NCBI GenBank assembly: GCA_001643675.2
Contig: LSRY02000076.1
Coordinates: 42,656 to 106,655, forward strand
Origin: Monocercomonoides exilis PA203
Taxonomy: Eukaryota > Protista > Preaxostyla
Length of the DNA: 64,000 nucleotides
Reading direction: 5' to 3'
Shown here piece by piece: positions 1 to 13,000 of this stretch (position 1 is its first letter; each line of letters begins with the position of its first letter). A program made the position numbers and the translations under genes. The notes under the pieces are model-generated. The model was not told the DNA's origin. It did no database searches and worked only from the letters and a program-made list of their open reading frames with translations.

Positions 1-1
1 T

Positions 2-1743
2 TTAAATTCGAATTTATCTTCTTCAAATGCCATTTTATTAAGCAACTCTCAATCTCTTTGCAATGCTTCTAATCCTTCTAATCCTTCTTCTTCTACTACT
101 TCTAATCTTTCTTCTTCTAATCCTACTTCTATAAATTCTTCTTCTTCTTCTTCTTCTTCTTCTTCTTCTTCTTCTTCATTTACTCCTTCCACACGCAATA
201 CAATTTCATCAACAACTTTATCATCATCATCATCTTCTGCTTCTTCTTTAAATTCTTCTTCTTCTTCTTTAAATTCTTCTGCTTCTTCTTTTGCTTCAGC
301 TTCTGCTTCTATTTCCAGTTCTTCTTCTCTTTCTCGTCTTCCCAAACAAACAATAAATTCATTCAATCAAACAAAACAACCAAACAGCAGCATCAACATC
401 AGCATCACTCACAGACAATCTTCATCTTATCAGACAACTTTGCCTTCTTCACCTTCTAATTCTGCTAATCCTTCTTCTTCTTCTTCTACTACTACTACTA
501 CTACTACTTCTCTTTCTCCTTTATCTTCTCCTTATCCTGCTTTATATATTCAGTCAAAGCACAAATTGCCTTCTTCTTCTAATTCTTCTTCTTCTTCCAT
601 TTCTCGTTCCCCTCTAATTCCAGTTACAGACACCTGTTTAGTTAGAGAAGCACCTCAAATGCAGATGAAAGGGCAAATGACACAAAGTTATCAATCAGAT
701 CAATTGAATCAAATGTATCAGTTAAATCAGGTTAATCAAGTAAATAAAGCTAATGGTGTAAATAAAATAAATCAAAGTTATCAAAGTTATCAAAATTATC
801 CAACAAATCAAACTAAACCTATTTATCAATTGAATCAAATGAATCAAATGAATCAATTAAATCAAATGAATAAAATGAATAAAATAGATCAGTCAGTCCA
901 AGCAATGCAAGCTATGCAGACAATGCAGCCATTGGTGGCTGTACAGAAACTGCAGCCATTCCAATCCATTCAATCCATTCAATCTATCCAATCAATACAG
1001 CCATATCAGTCAATGAAATCATCACAAATGGATGGAATAGATAAATCAGATAAAATAGACAAAAATGATAAAGTAGATAGAATGGAGTATATTCAAAGAA
1101 ATTGCATTCATCAGAGCAGAAATAGCATCAATAGCACAAAAGACAATGTTGATAGGATAAACCCAATGGAAAGTGCAGAAACAGATGGAGAGAATGAAAT
1201 AGATACAAATGCAATGGCAAGTGTTAATGCAATCAACACATCTGGTGCTGTGACAAATATTGTTAGTCCTTCATCTTTATCTCCTTCTTCCTCTTCTCCT
1301 TCTTCCTCTTCTCCTTCATCATCATCTTCTTCTTCTTCTTCTTCTTCTTCTTCTTCTTCTTCCACTTATTCTTCTTCTTATTCCTCTTCAGTTCCTTTTT
1401 CTTCTTCCTCTCTTTCTCATTCATATACACCTTCAACTGATGATCAAATCCCTCTTTCTTCTTCTTCCTCCTCTTCCTCTTCCTCTTCAATTTCAAGTTC
1501 TTCTTCCTCTTCCTCTTCCTCCTCTTCTTCTTCTCTTCTCTCTTATCCTTCCATCAACTCCATCTCCACCTCCTCTCAAACACCAATAGAATCCAATCTT
1601 TCTTGTTTGAGTGTGCTTTCTAATTCTTCTCTTTCTCAGCCGCCTCAACAAAACTCTCTTTCTTTCTTCTGTTTGCCTGTTAATTCTTCTCTTTCTGCTT
1701 CTGGATATCCTTCTTCTTATCAATTTGCTTATCCTTCTTCTTC

Positions 1744-1776
<33 letters not shown>

Positions 1777-2095
1777 TTCTTCTTTATCGTCTTCTTCTTC
1801 TTCTTCTTATCAATCCATTCATTCCTCTTCTTATCCTTCTTCTCATTCATTTAGAAATAATGCTTCATTACTTCCATCTTCTTCTTCAGCATCTTTATCT
1901 TCTTCTTCTTCTTCTTCTTTGTCATCATCATCCTCTTCCTCCTCTTCTCCTTCTTCTGTTCCCAATTGCTCTCAAATGGAATCATTGAAAACAATAAACA
2001 AAACATCTTCATCATTATCACTTTCTTCAACTTCTTCTTCTTCTTCTTCAAATCCTTCAAATTCTTCTTCATTGTTGAGTTATGCTCATCTATAA
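2..2095 (+). CDS. 3' part of a Ser/Gln/Asn-rich low-complexity protein; 5' end lies outside the window
   Basis: The 440..2095 frame appears open back to base 2 (LNSNLSSSNAILLSNSQ...). It has poly-Ser tracts and NQMNQ/QSIQ repeats, and a TAA stop followed by AT-rich UTR-like sequence. Confidence 0.6.
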
Positions 2096-2249
2096 CATCC
2101 CATTCACATAAGGTGCTTTGTATTTTTTTTCTTCTCTTCTCTTCTCTTCTCTTCTTTTCTTTTCTTTTCTATTTCATTGCGTGTGATGCTGCTAAGCAAC
2201 CGTTTTGCGTATCTTCTTTTTATTTGATTTGATTTTGAGTTTTTGATTT

Positions 2250-2251
<2 letters not shown>

Positions 2252-2282
<31 letters not shown>

Positions 2283-2329
2283 TATTCTTCTTTGATTTAA
2301 TGTTAATTTTTTATATAGTTTTTATTTAA

Positions 2330-2362
<33 letters not shown>
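2252..2362. repeat. poly(T) tract and (TTA)n microsatellite
   Basis: T-run 2252-2280 and (TTA)n at about 2330-2362, directly visible. Confidence 0.9.
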
Positions 2363-4352
2363 GCTAATTCTATCGTGATTGTGATTTTTATTAACTTATT
2401 TAATTTTTCTTTTCTTTTTTTATTGTTTGATAAGAAATGAAGCCTGATGAATGGAACACTTTCACTCAATCAATCCACTTTTGTGAATGAATTTATTGAA
2501 TGAATAAGTGAATGAATGAATGAAGAATTTTATTAGTTGGTTGAATGAATGAACAAAGAAGTGAGTTAATAAGTAAATATATATATAATTTCTCTTTTCT
2601 GGTGTTTTCCTATTTTTCTATTTGATAATCATAAAGTTTTGTATTATATATTTTTCTTTTATTTTATTTTTTTTCTTTTAATTTTTTATTTTTTATTTTT
2701 TATTTTTTATTTTTTTGATTATTGGCATTTGACTCTTGATTAATTACAAGTGTTGCTCATTAGCTTTTTTAGTCAGTTCTTATATATATGTGCTCTTGTT
2801 GCTTTCTTTGCATCTTTTTCTCTTTCTATTTTTCTTTCTTATTCTTATTACTTTTGATTGCATTTGTAAAGCTTTGATTTTTTGAGTAATTTATTCGGTA
2901 ATTTGTTGTTCGTTTTTTATTTTTATTTTTAATTTTTATAATTTTTTGAATATTATTTTAAGAATTTGGTTAAAAGGAAAAAAAAATGAAAATTTTTTGA
3001 TTTTGTTTTTTTATTCCTTTTTTTCTTTTTAACTCTTTCTCGATCTCTTTCTTTTTTAAATACCTTTTTCGTATGAATGTTTCATTGAAACAGGTTATCC
3101 AAGCGTTGCATTGTTTTCCATATCACAGGAAATTCCAAATGCGATTTTATCTTCATTTGATTTTTGAAGAATTGTATTTGGTATTTGTGGCCTTTTCGTT
3201 CAATTTCATTTCGTTAATTCAGATAATGCACTTTTATTCAAATAAATAAATAAATAAATAAAATTAATATTTCATTTCAAGTTATTTATATTTTTTTGTT
3301 TATTCATTTTTTTGCTTTGATATTTATACCAAGTATTGAAGCAAACCACACAAAAAAACAAAACAAATGAAAAGTTATTTGCTAAATGAGTAATTTTTTT
3401 TTAAATAGCAGATAGCTTTTGAAATGGTAAGGAAAATGAATGTGTGAATGAATTTCCTTCAAGAAAAGCAATAGAAGGAGAAAGAGAAAGAGAATGAGAA
3501 GGAGAAGATATTATTTACATTTGCAATGAATGAAGATAATTTATATCACAAGAAAGAGAAGGTTATGAAATAGGCAAAATTGTAAATAAATTAAATGAAA
3601 ATGAAGATTAAATGAAACATTTAATATGAAGTCACAAGGAAAAGAATGAAGAAATGAAGAAAATTTTGGTGAAATACAAAAAAGCTAAAAAAAAAAGAAG
3701 AAGAAAAGGAAAAGAATGAAAATGAAGCATGATCGAAATTGAATGGCAAATGTAGATTGGAAAAGAAAATGTTTGTTTTTGAATAGAAAGAGCATTGATG
3801 AAAATGGAAGGAGCAATTGATTGAATGAAAAGGAGCTTTAAAAAATGAAGAAGTAAAAATTTTGAGAGTTTATTTGAAGAAGAAGAAAAAGAAAAAGAAG
3901 GCTTAATTGTGATGTGTGTTCCATCACCTACGCGTGGCAGCAAGCGCAGCAATCTTAAATCATTCAAAAGAACAAATAAAATAAAATAATAATAAAAAAA
4001 AGATGTTAATGTTCAATAAAAAAACAATAAATATTTTATTTATTTTTAATCTTAATCAAAATGAATAGCATACAGATGGTGTTGGAGTTGATCCAGACAG
4101 CTTTCCAGCTGGTTTGAAGACTTTCTCTTTCTCTCTTGTTCTCATCATGCCTGGTGTCGTAGAAGAGGCTAGATCCAAAGGCGAAGAACCTAAACAAACA
4201 AGTATTGAAGGAATATATAATGTCACATTTATCGATTTTTCATTATATTTAATGAGAATTATTCCATTTGAAATATATAATTAAAAAAATAAAATTATGA
4301 AGATTAAGTACAAAAATGGAAAGCATGAGTCGAAAATCTGTTCATACCGACC

Positions 4353-4760
4353 ATGTACTCAGGAAATGGCGAAAAGGTGGAATTCAGACCCTTTTTGGGA
4401 GGGTTTGACGGTCTGAACGGAGGCAAATTCTTTTTATTCGAAGAAGGAGAAGCACTTCTGCGTCCTCCTCTGCCTTTCGCATCTTTGGTTGAGTCATTTG
4501 GTTCATATGGCTGGCTTGTGTATTCAAACGAATTAAAGCATCCATGCGTATCCCCAGGACCGGTTCTGCGCATATTTTTAAAAAAAGCAAGCAATCAATA
4601 CATGACCCACAAGCAAAAAGAATTTTTATACAATTTTTTTGTTGGGCTACTTGGTACAAATGGCTTTATATGGCGTTTTGGAGATGGTGATCTCTTTGGC
4701 GAAACTTCTCTTGTAGCAGGGCCAGTCTCAATATATAATTTAAAAAATACAAGAATATAA
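4353..4760 (+). CDS. possible exon or gene fragment, function unknown
   Basis: 135-aa ORF of normal complexity in a GC-elevated island (about 4070-4930). LLGTNGFIW weakly recalls the exosome Rrp4/Rrp40 GxNGxxW motif. The gene model is unresolved. Confidence 0.25.
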   Translation: MYSGNGEKVEFRPFLGGFDGLNGGKFFLFEEGEALLRPPLPFASLVESFGSYGWLVYSNELKHPCVSPGPVLRIFLKKASNQYMTHKQKEFLYNFFVGLLGTNGFIWRFGDGDLFGETSLVAGPVSIYNLKNTRI

Positions 4761-5343
4761 TGAAGAATTGTTATAATTCTCGAAGGCTTCATTGACTCGT
4801 CATACTGTAGCAAGAGATTCAAATTTTCCAAAAGTAGCATCGTTGTGGGTTCCCTTTTTCGGGGGAATAATTCCAAACTGTCTTCCCTTGTACCTATCGC
4901 TAGCTGTGACAGTGTTTTTATCAGCAATGTATGGATCCTTTTATTATACTGTAAATAACAACATAAAAATTAAGTAATTTGTCACACCCCAATTGACAAG
5001 TAAACAGGTTTGCTAAATGTATCAAAAACTTTTAAATCGTGGATTGGATCTGTAGATTCCGCTCTTTTTCTCGTACTCATTTTGCAGAGCTAAAGAAAAA
5101 ATAAATACTAAATCGGTTAATTCCAGAAAATATACTTATGGGAATGCAAATTTTTTCATCTAATATTTGCAATTTAATATGTGCATGAAACGGGAAAAAA
5201 TTAATAAAACTCAATAAAATGAACTAAGCAGAATCACAACAATTATCTTACAAACATATTTAATGAATACAATAAAAAATCTCAATTTTTTAACACAAAT
5301 AACATAATTACAATTAATACTCTAAACAAAAATTGCCAAACAA

Positions 5344-6824
5344 TTATAAAACATTATCTTCAACCTCTTCAGCATTCTCTTCATCTTCGTATTCTTCGTC
5401 GCTGCTGGAAGCTCCAATTTGATACACTTGATATTCACTTATCAGATCTTTAATGTTCTCTTGAGCTTCTGTGAATTCTATTTCTTCCATGCCTTCTCCT
5501 GTGTACCAGTGAAGGAAGGCCTTTCTTTTAAACAGCGCTTCAAACTGCCTCAAAACACGCTGAAAGCATTCGTAGATGGATGAGGAGTTGCTCAGCAAAG
5601 TGGATGAGATCTTCGCATCCCTCGTTGGAATGTTGCATATCGTCGTTTTGAAGCTATCCGGTGCCCATTCAACGAAATACTCTGAGTTCTTGTTTTTGAC
5701 ATTAAGCATCTGCTCGTCCACTTCTTTTGTGGACACCTTGCCTCGGAATATCGCACATGCTGTCATATACACCCCGTGGCGTGGATCGGAAGAATTCATC
5801 ACGTTTTTCGGGTCAAACATCTGCTGCGTGAGCTCAGGGACTGTTAAAGCGCAATATTCCTGCGAATTCATCGCCATTAAAGGCGCGATGCTGCTTGTCA
5901 AGAAGTTAAATCTGGGGAATGGAACCAAGTTAACTGCAAGCTTTCGTACGTCAGAATTTAGCTGCCCCGGAAATCGTTGCATGCACGTTATGTCAGACAT
6001 GGTATGACAAATAAGACGGTTCATGTCATCATAAGTAGGGTTGGATATATGAAGAGTATTCGAGCAAATGTTATAAAGAGCATCGTTGTCAAAGCAAATT
6101 GTTAAGTCTGAGTATTCGATGAGAGTGGAAAGAGTTAAGATACAATTATATGGCTCAACAACATTGCTAGACACTTTCGGTGAAGGAAGAATGGGAAATG
6201 TTGTTATGATTCGATCAGGAAGTTCTAAGCGCTTTTTGAAAATTATAAGATCTCCTAAGCCAGATCCAGTTCCTCCTCCCAGAGAGTGGAAAACTTGAAG
6301 TCCCTGGAGGCAATCGCAACCTTCTGCTTCCTTTAGGATGATATCCAAAATAGAGTCGATTAATTCAGCTCCTTCTGTGTAATGTCCCTTTGCCCAGTTG
6401 TTTCCTGCTCCTGTCTGTCCGAAGACAAAGTTGTCAGGACTGAACAATTCTCCCAACGGGCCAGCTCGAACATTATCCAAGGTTTCCTGCTCCAAATCAA
6501 CAAGAACGGAACGTGGAACATATTTTCCACTAGATGCCTCATTATAGTAAACGTTGATTCTCTCGAGTTGCAATTCAGACTCTCCGTGATATGTTCCTGT
6601 TGGGTCAATTCCGTGTTCACTGGAAATGCATTCCCAGAACTTAGCCCCAATCTTGTTTCTTGAGGTTTTTTTCATTCATTTAACATATAAGAAAATGAGA
6701 TTTGTTGAAAGTACAAATTATCAAGAAATTTTTAGAAAAATTCAACAAGATTAGGAATGATAATGGAAAAATTATTTTAATCTAACCCACATTGCCCAAC
6801 ATGTATTGAGATAACTTCCCTCAT
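5344..6824 (-). CDS. divergent beta-tubulin, 2 exons (6824-6787, 6658-5344; 128-nt GT-AG intron)
   Basis: Splicing gives [75 protein letters not shown] and an acidic tail are present. Confidence 0.93.
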
Positions 6825-7908
6825 GCGAGAACAAACGAGGACTTTTTTATAAAAAATTTTTCTTTGCTAAGTTTTGATCTTATCCAACATAGATTTTTGA
6901 ATTACGATTTGACAAATGGGGCAAAATTTTTTCGTTTATGAAAAAAACAACGATTTGTTCCAAACTTTTTCCACAACCTTATCATGAGAAATCTTGCATT
7001 CCTATGTCAAAAAAATACAGAAAAATTCTAAAACTGAGAAAAATGTTTGTTGGAGAAGAATGGAACAAAATTTTTAAAACAAAAAATTTTGTCCCAAATT
7101 TTTATTTGAAAAATGGATTATCAAAAACGAAAATTTTAAATAGAACATACATTTTATGATGTGCTGAAACTTATTTCACAATTATCTATCACTGAAACAG
7201 TCCAAAATAAAATCAAAATGAAAATTCAAACAAACGAGTTAATAGTTATTTCATTCAAAATAATAAATTTGCATTCAAATATATAAATTTTGTGTTCGAA
7301 TAGTGAATTCTTCAAACAAAACAATAGCAACTGCATTCTTAATGAAAATATCTTGTGGTTTCAATGTAATAAAAATTATATGCATTTAAAATTTGTCTCG
7401 AAAAATTAAAAATAAAAAAAAATTTTTTTTTCGAATAAGAAAATATAAACAACACAGAATAACTACCAATTCAAAAGAGAAAAAATGATTTTCAAAAAAT
7501 TTATTGAGAGAGTGAATAAATATTTGTTAGGTTTTAAACAATTATTATTTCGAATGCAAAAATCATTATTTCGCTTAAAAAATTTTTAATAAGTTTGTTA
7601 ATTTTCCATTTTGAATGAAAAAATTCTCATTTTGCATAATTTTTGGTGTTTTCTGGTAATCATTTAGAAATCATGTTATTTCTGTCAAAAGTTTCAGTTT
7701 TTGAATTCTCTTGGAAAATTGATTGATTCATACTGAAACGATTCAACTCCTTTCAAAAAATATTTTAATATGAATTGAATATAGAGCATTGTTATTTTAA
7801 ACAATTCTCCATTTTTTCCCTTTTATATAAATAATTCCTCTCCACAAAAATTAAACATTTGAAAAATCAACACACCCAAAAAATGTTACGATTTCAACAA
7901 TAATCACC

Positions 7909-8158
7909 AATATGGGAGATTTTTTATGAAAAGTCACAAATGTTTAATTTTCTGATAAATCTAAAATTACATATTTTGCTTAATATTTTGTTTGCAAATA
8001 TCAAACATCACTTAAATGGAATCTATTGCTTTTTAATACTATTTCAAACATTCTTGAGGAGATTTGTGAGCTGAAACAGAAATTTGAGCAAAAAATAATA
8101 TTTGAGATTTATATGAAAATTAAACATGTGTGACTTTTCAAAAAGAATCACCCATATT
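7909..8158. repeat. foldback/MITE-like inverted repeat with about 85-bp arms, inside a larger degenerate palindrome (about 7730-8470)
   Basis: aatatgggagattttttatgaaaagtcacaaatgtttaattt pairs with aaattaaacatgtgtgacttttcaaaaagaatcacccatatt. An outer pair 7864-7900 / 8298-8333 also matches. Confidence 0.7.
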
Positions 8159-8560
8159 AATGAAAGGAAAGTGATTATATAACAAAATTGTGAAATCATA
8201 AGAATAGAAAGTGAAATTTTTAACGATCCGAAATTGTCACTTAGGAAAAATTGTCAATTCATTTTTTCAAAAGAAAGTCTTAACAATATGGGAAAATTTT
8301 TTTTGAAATCATAACTTTTTTCGGAGTGTTAATTGTACTGAGGTTTTGTATCTTTTAAAAGAAATATCTCTTTCAAAAGAAAAATGCATATTTATTGTTG
8401 ATAACGACAATGTCTGAGAATACTATAATAAAATATTAATTTTCAAAAATAGTTTCAATTATTCAGTGTTCACACATCAATATACAAAGTGAATATTCAA
8501 ATTGAAATGTTTGATTAATATAATTTGGAAATAAAAATTAACATCCATATGTTTTTGAAG

Positions 8561-8833
8561 GATAAAAAATTGGAATATGTCTTTATTTTTTTGAAAAGTT
8601 CCTTTTGTTTTATTTTCAAATATAGAAAAAATTTCATATTTCGATCAGATTTCTGTTCCCACTCACCAAATTTCGCTGTTATGAAAGTGAAATCTTAACA
8701 ATGTTATTATTTCCATTCAAGAAAAGTTTCGTAAGTGCGAACAGAAATTTGATCGAAATAAGATATTTTATTTTTTCTGAAAATAAAACAAAAGGAACTT
8801 TTCAAAAAAATAAAGACATATTCAAAATTTATC
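8561..8833. repeat. foldback/MITE-like inverted repeat with about 100-bp arms, followed by poly(A) 8842-8897
   Basis: 8561-8666 is the imperfect reverse complement of 8731-8833, e.g. gaatatgtctttatttttttgaaaagttccttttgttttattttca. Confidence 0.8.
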
Positions 8834-8839
8834 ATATTT

Positions 8840-8900
<61 letters not shown>

Positions 8901-9589
8901 TTTTTAAATTTTGTCAGTGAATATCGAATTTCAATTTTTATTAATAATTGTGAATGTATTTTCTTGTTTCATGAAAGATGTTTGGTACGAAGAATATTAG
9001 TATCAGTTGAAAAAGGAGAACCGATAAACAAGAAATTTATTGTTTTCATGCTAAAAATGAAAAAAAATTTCTGAAAAAGCAATTTTAATCTTCATTTTCA
9101 TATTTTTTTTCGTTTGATTTTAAATAAAAAATCTAGCAAAATTTGAAAATTTTAAATAGAAATACTCTCTTTTCAGGCGAATGCAACGCATCTATTAATT
9201 GATTTTTAGAGATGGACAGCAAACGTCGAAGAATATTTTCTCATCCAAAACACAAAGCTCTATAACAATGAATTTTTTTTTCACAAACAAAGGAACCTTG
9301 AAAGTCTCCACTAAACGCAAAATATCTCAAATAAAAAAAGCAGAAAAACAAAATCGTAATACATAAATCTTTTGTGAAATATCTCTAAATCAATATATGT
9401 ATGTATACATCCATATGCAGAAATATTCATAACCGGCTGCAAAAGATTCTTTAAATATTTCATACAGTCAAAAACATCATAATTCAATGATCTTTTCTGT
9501 ACAAAACATCAAAACATACATAAATCAATTTTTCTTCACAAATAATTCAATAACTCCCCAAAATGCAAAATTTAAATCTTAGTAAATTA

Positions 9590-9825
9590 TTCATTTGAAA
9601 ATTTGAAGAAGAAGAAGAAGAAGAAGAAGATGATGATGATGAAGGTAATTTGTGCATTGACTGAATATATAAAGCAGGATAAGGAGAAGATAAAGGAGAA
9701 AGAAAAGAAGAAGAATAAAAATAAAAATAAAAATAAAAATAAAAATAAAAATAAAAATAAAAATAAAAATAAAAGAAGACGATGATGATAAAGTTGTTGA
9801 TGAAATTGCATTGCGTGTGGAAGAA

Positions 9826-9857
<32 letters not shown>

Positions 9858-9977
9858 AGAGGAAAAGGAGGAAGAGGAAGAAGAAGAAAGAGAAAGAGAA
9901 AGAGAAGAAGGATTTAAAGAAGGATTGGAAGAAGAAGAAGAAGAAGAAGAAGAAGAATTTGAAAAAGGTAAGATCAA
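9590..9977 (-). pseudogene. inverted, internally deleted paralogous fragment of the Ser-rich gene at 1-600
   Basis: 9641-9703 is a near-exact reverse complement of 511-573, and 9776-9823 of about 187-237. An (AAAAAT)n expansion lies between the two blocks. Confidence 0.7.
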
Positions 9978-10009
9978 AGAGGAGAAATATCGTTACGCAT
10001 TTAAATAAA

Positions 10010-13000
10010 TTAGTTTGCCAAAGGATGAGAATTAATATCTATCTTTTCTTTGCTCTTACCAAAACTAACATATCCTCGACGTTTCCTGCGAACAACGCAT
10101 ATAGCCAGCACAATTACAACAGCCGCAATAAAAACAGCTCCTCCGCAAGCGGAAGCGGTGATGATAATAATTTGTTGTCTCGTAAGTTTGCTTTTGTCTG
10201 GAGAACTTGGCGTTTTTCCAACTTTTAAAATCAGGCTGGATGTGACATCCACCCCATTTTCCAATCCATTTGGATAACGCAAGCGAATTTCAACGGTTTC
10301 AGTATCCTTTGCATACAAAAAAGTCTTTTCAATCTTCACTTTCAGAAATGACTCGTTCAAAAATTCTGAGATTGGCACCTCAGCCCACTGCGATTCGCCT
10401 TTTCCTTCTTTTTTTCCTATTTCGCATTGCAAACCGCATGGAATAAGATATTCTCCTTTCATATTGACAGTCACTTCGCTTTCTTCACTTTTCGCATTTA
10501 GTCCATATTTATTGAGGATATCCATTTGATTGTCATTTGCTGGATTAGTCTCCGAAGGTTTTTCAATTGCTGCTTCTTTCAGCTCAGGCGTGTAAAACAG
10601 CCCTGCCATGCTTTTCACTGCTTCTCCATACACATCGCACTCCTTGTTCCAAAAGCCAAATGGAATATCTGTTGAGCCATCACTTTTCTCATTTAGAGAT
10701 TTTATTTCTATTTCACAATAGTCGTCTTTTTCACAGTGGATGTTGTGCCTCAGATGAGGAAATGCTTTACTCGAAGGGTCTGGTCGGTTGTTTTCAAAGG
10801 TGATGTTTTCCATCTCCAAAACCGAGTCTGTGATTAGTAACGCTCCTTCTTTAATGTTCTTGAATACGCAGTTATCAATACGAGGTTCTCTCCATCCGCC
10901 CTGAGTTCGAATCGAAACAAGGCAGCTGCTCCATTCACAAACAGAGACATCGCCTTCCTGCTCATTTCGAGAATTAACTGCAATTCCATCTTTTTCGTAT
11001 TCCTGTTGACGATAATTCAACATTGGATCAATAGAAGCAATTGCACTAGAGGCTGCTTTTTCGCTTATCGTGCCTATTACGACAACATTTGACATGAGCA
11101 ATGTTCCTTTTTGCGCAACAATCAGCTTAAAGTCCAGAAAAGGCACAGAAAATTGGTTGCTATAAGCTTCTAGCTCCTCTTCAGATGGCTTCAAAGTTAT
11201 TGAAATGAGCTGGCAATCGTCCTCAATCAAAATAATGTCAACCGGCCGATGATCAAAATGCAAAGGATATTCGATTGATAATGAGCGCAATGTCGTCGTA
11301 TGCTGAACGCAATAGAATACCGCAACATCGTCGCAATAAAGCTCAAGAGTTGAAGGAATGATAATAGTGGCAATATCTTTGCTCTCAGAACCAATATCGA
11401 AAGCAGTGTAATCGGCAGGAATGATTGACCTCTTCAAGGTGTGCATTCCACTGACAAAAAAGGAATTCGTCTTTCCAAAAATAACATGTTCTTCTGTGCA
11501 TTCAATTGTTTGGCACGGCTTCTCTTTTCTTCCACAATCTCTTGAGTCAACGGATTCTTCACCTCCAACATAAAGCGTTGTGCTTTTGTAGACGAGCTGA
11601 TGCTCTCCTGGCATGAGGAGATCAACGCGATCTGCATTTTTCTGATTCTTTCCTTCATTTATCTTCTCTTTGTTCTGCCTCTCTTCAACAATCATCAAAT
11701 TCTCTTTTCCATACAATTCGTTCAAGTCAAATTCAAAGCAATGATCTGTTAATTGTGAAACTCCTTTTGAGCTCGATATAAAAATCCATTTGCCAACATC
11801 CGAAACACATTCTGTGAAAGTTGATTGTGATAAATAAATATTCAAGTCATCAACAACCTCGTCTATCGCTTCAATGAACACAGCTCCCCCAAGCGATCCA
11901 TCTCCAGTTCCATCACCTTCAGTGCATGAGCAACTTTCAAATCTTTCACCACTAATTTGCACATGAGCATTAGCCTGAGAATACTTAATGTAGATAACGC
12001 CTCCCTTCTTGTGATTCGGAGAAGTGCATTCTGTATAGCTGTTTGACATGAGCAAAATCTCTTTCCAGTCTCCAATAAGCGTAAAAATAGATTCATCCGC
12101 ACTTGTTGTTTTGAGATTGCTCATGATGCACCCGGAAATGTCTATGCTATCTTTATTAAAATAAAACAATGCTCTGGAAGACGTAAAATCAAAAATATTT
12201 GTATTTCGTGCAAAAAAGTATCCGCCATGAATCTCAAACAAAGCACAACTCAAAATTCCCTTCACATCGCTTGGATAGACGTTAGACAAGTTTATGCCAA
12301 AGGCCCCAGCAGAATCGCTGGAAACAACAAATGGCGAAGTCTTGGTTGTTTCAACTGTTGTATCAATCTTAATGCCCAATGAATTCAGATATAATTTTGC
12401 GTTATTCTTCACATTTATTGCTCCATTTCCTTCTGCTGCATACTCTTTTGATAAAGAAACACTTACATGTGCTTGAGATGGATCTCCTGCAACATTGATT
12501 GAATTTTCTGAACTGAAATATAAAGGCTGATTGATTTGCATCATTTCACTTCCATCACAAGATATTGTAACATCCCATTTCGTCTTTATTGCCTCGACAG
12601 CTGCTTTCAGTGAAAGACAAGGAGATTTCTTTGTCAATCCACAATTTGGATCATCCTTCCCTTTGTCTGTGTTTAAGAAATAATTCAGTGATCCTTTAGA
12701 TAGCAAATCATATCTTTCCTTAAAATCGCCACTTGACGCATTTTGAACGCAAACACTTTTGCCTTCAGAAGTCGAGAACGTTTTATCGTCAAAAATTGTC
12801 TTATCAATCGATTTTGTTCCGCCTTCTGAGACATACAAATCTGCCCCACTTTCCAAGAACTTGTTTCCCGAAAAAAGGCAATTTTGAAACCAACAACACG
12901 CTTTTATTTCATCTCCACCAACACCAATCCACGCTCCTCCTCCATTTTCAGCGCAGCAACCATTAAATAAAACTTCCATAAGAGTAAAACTTTTCATTAA

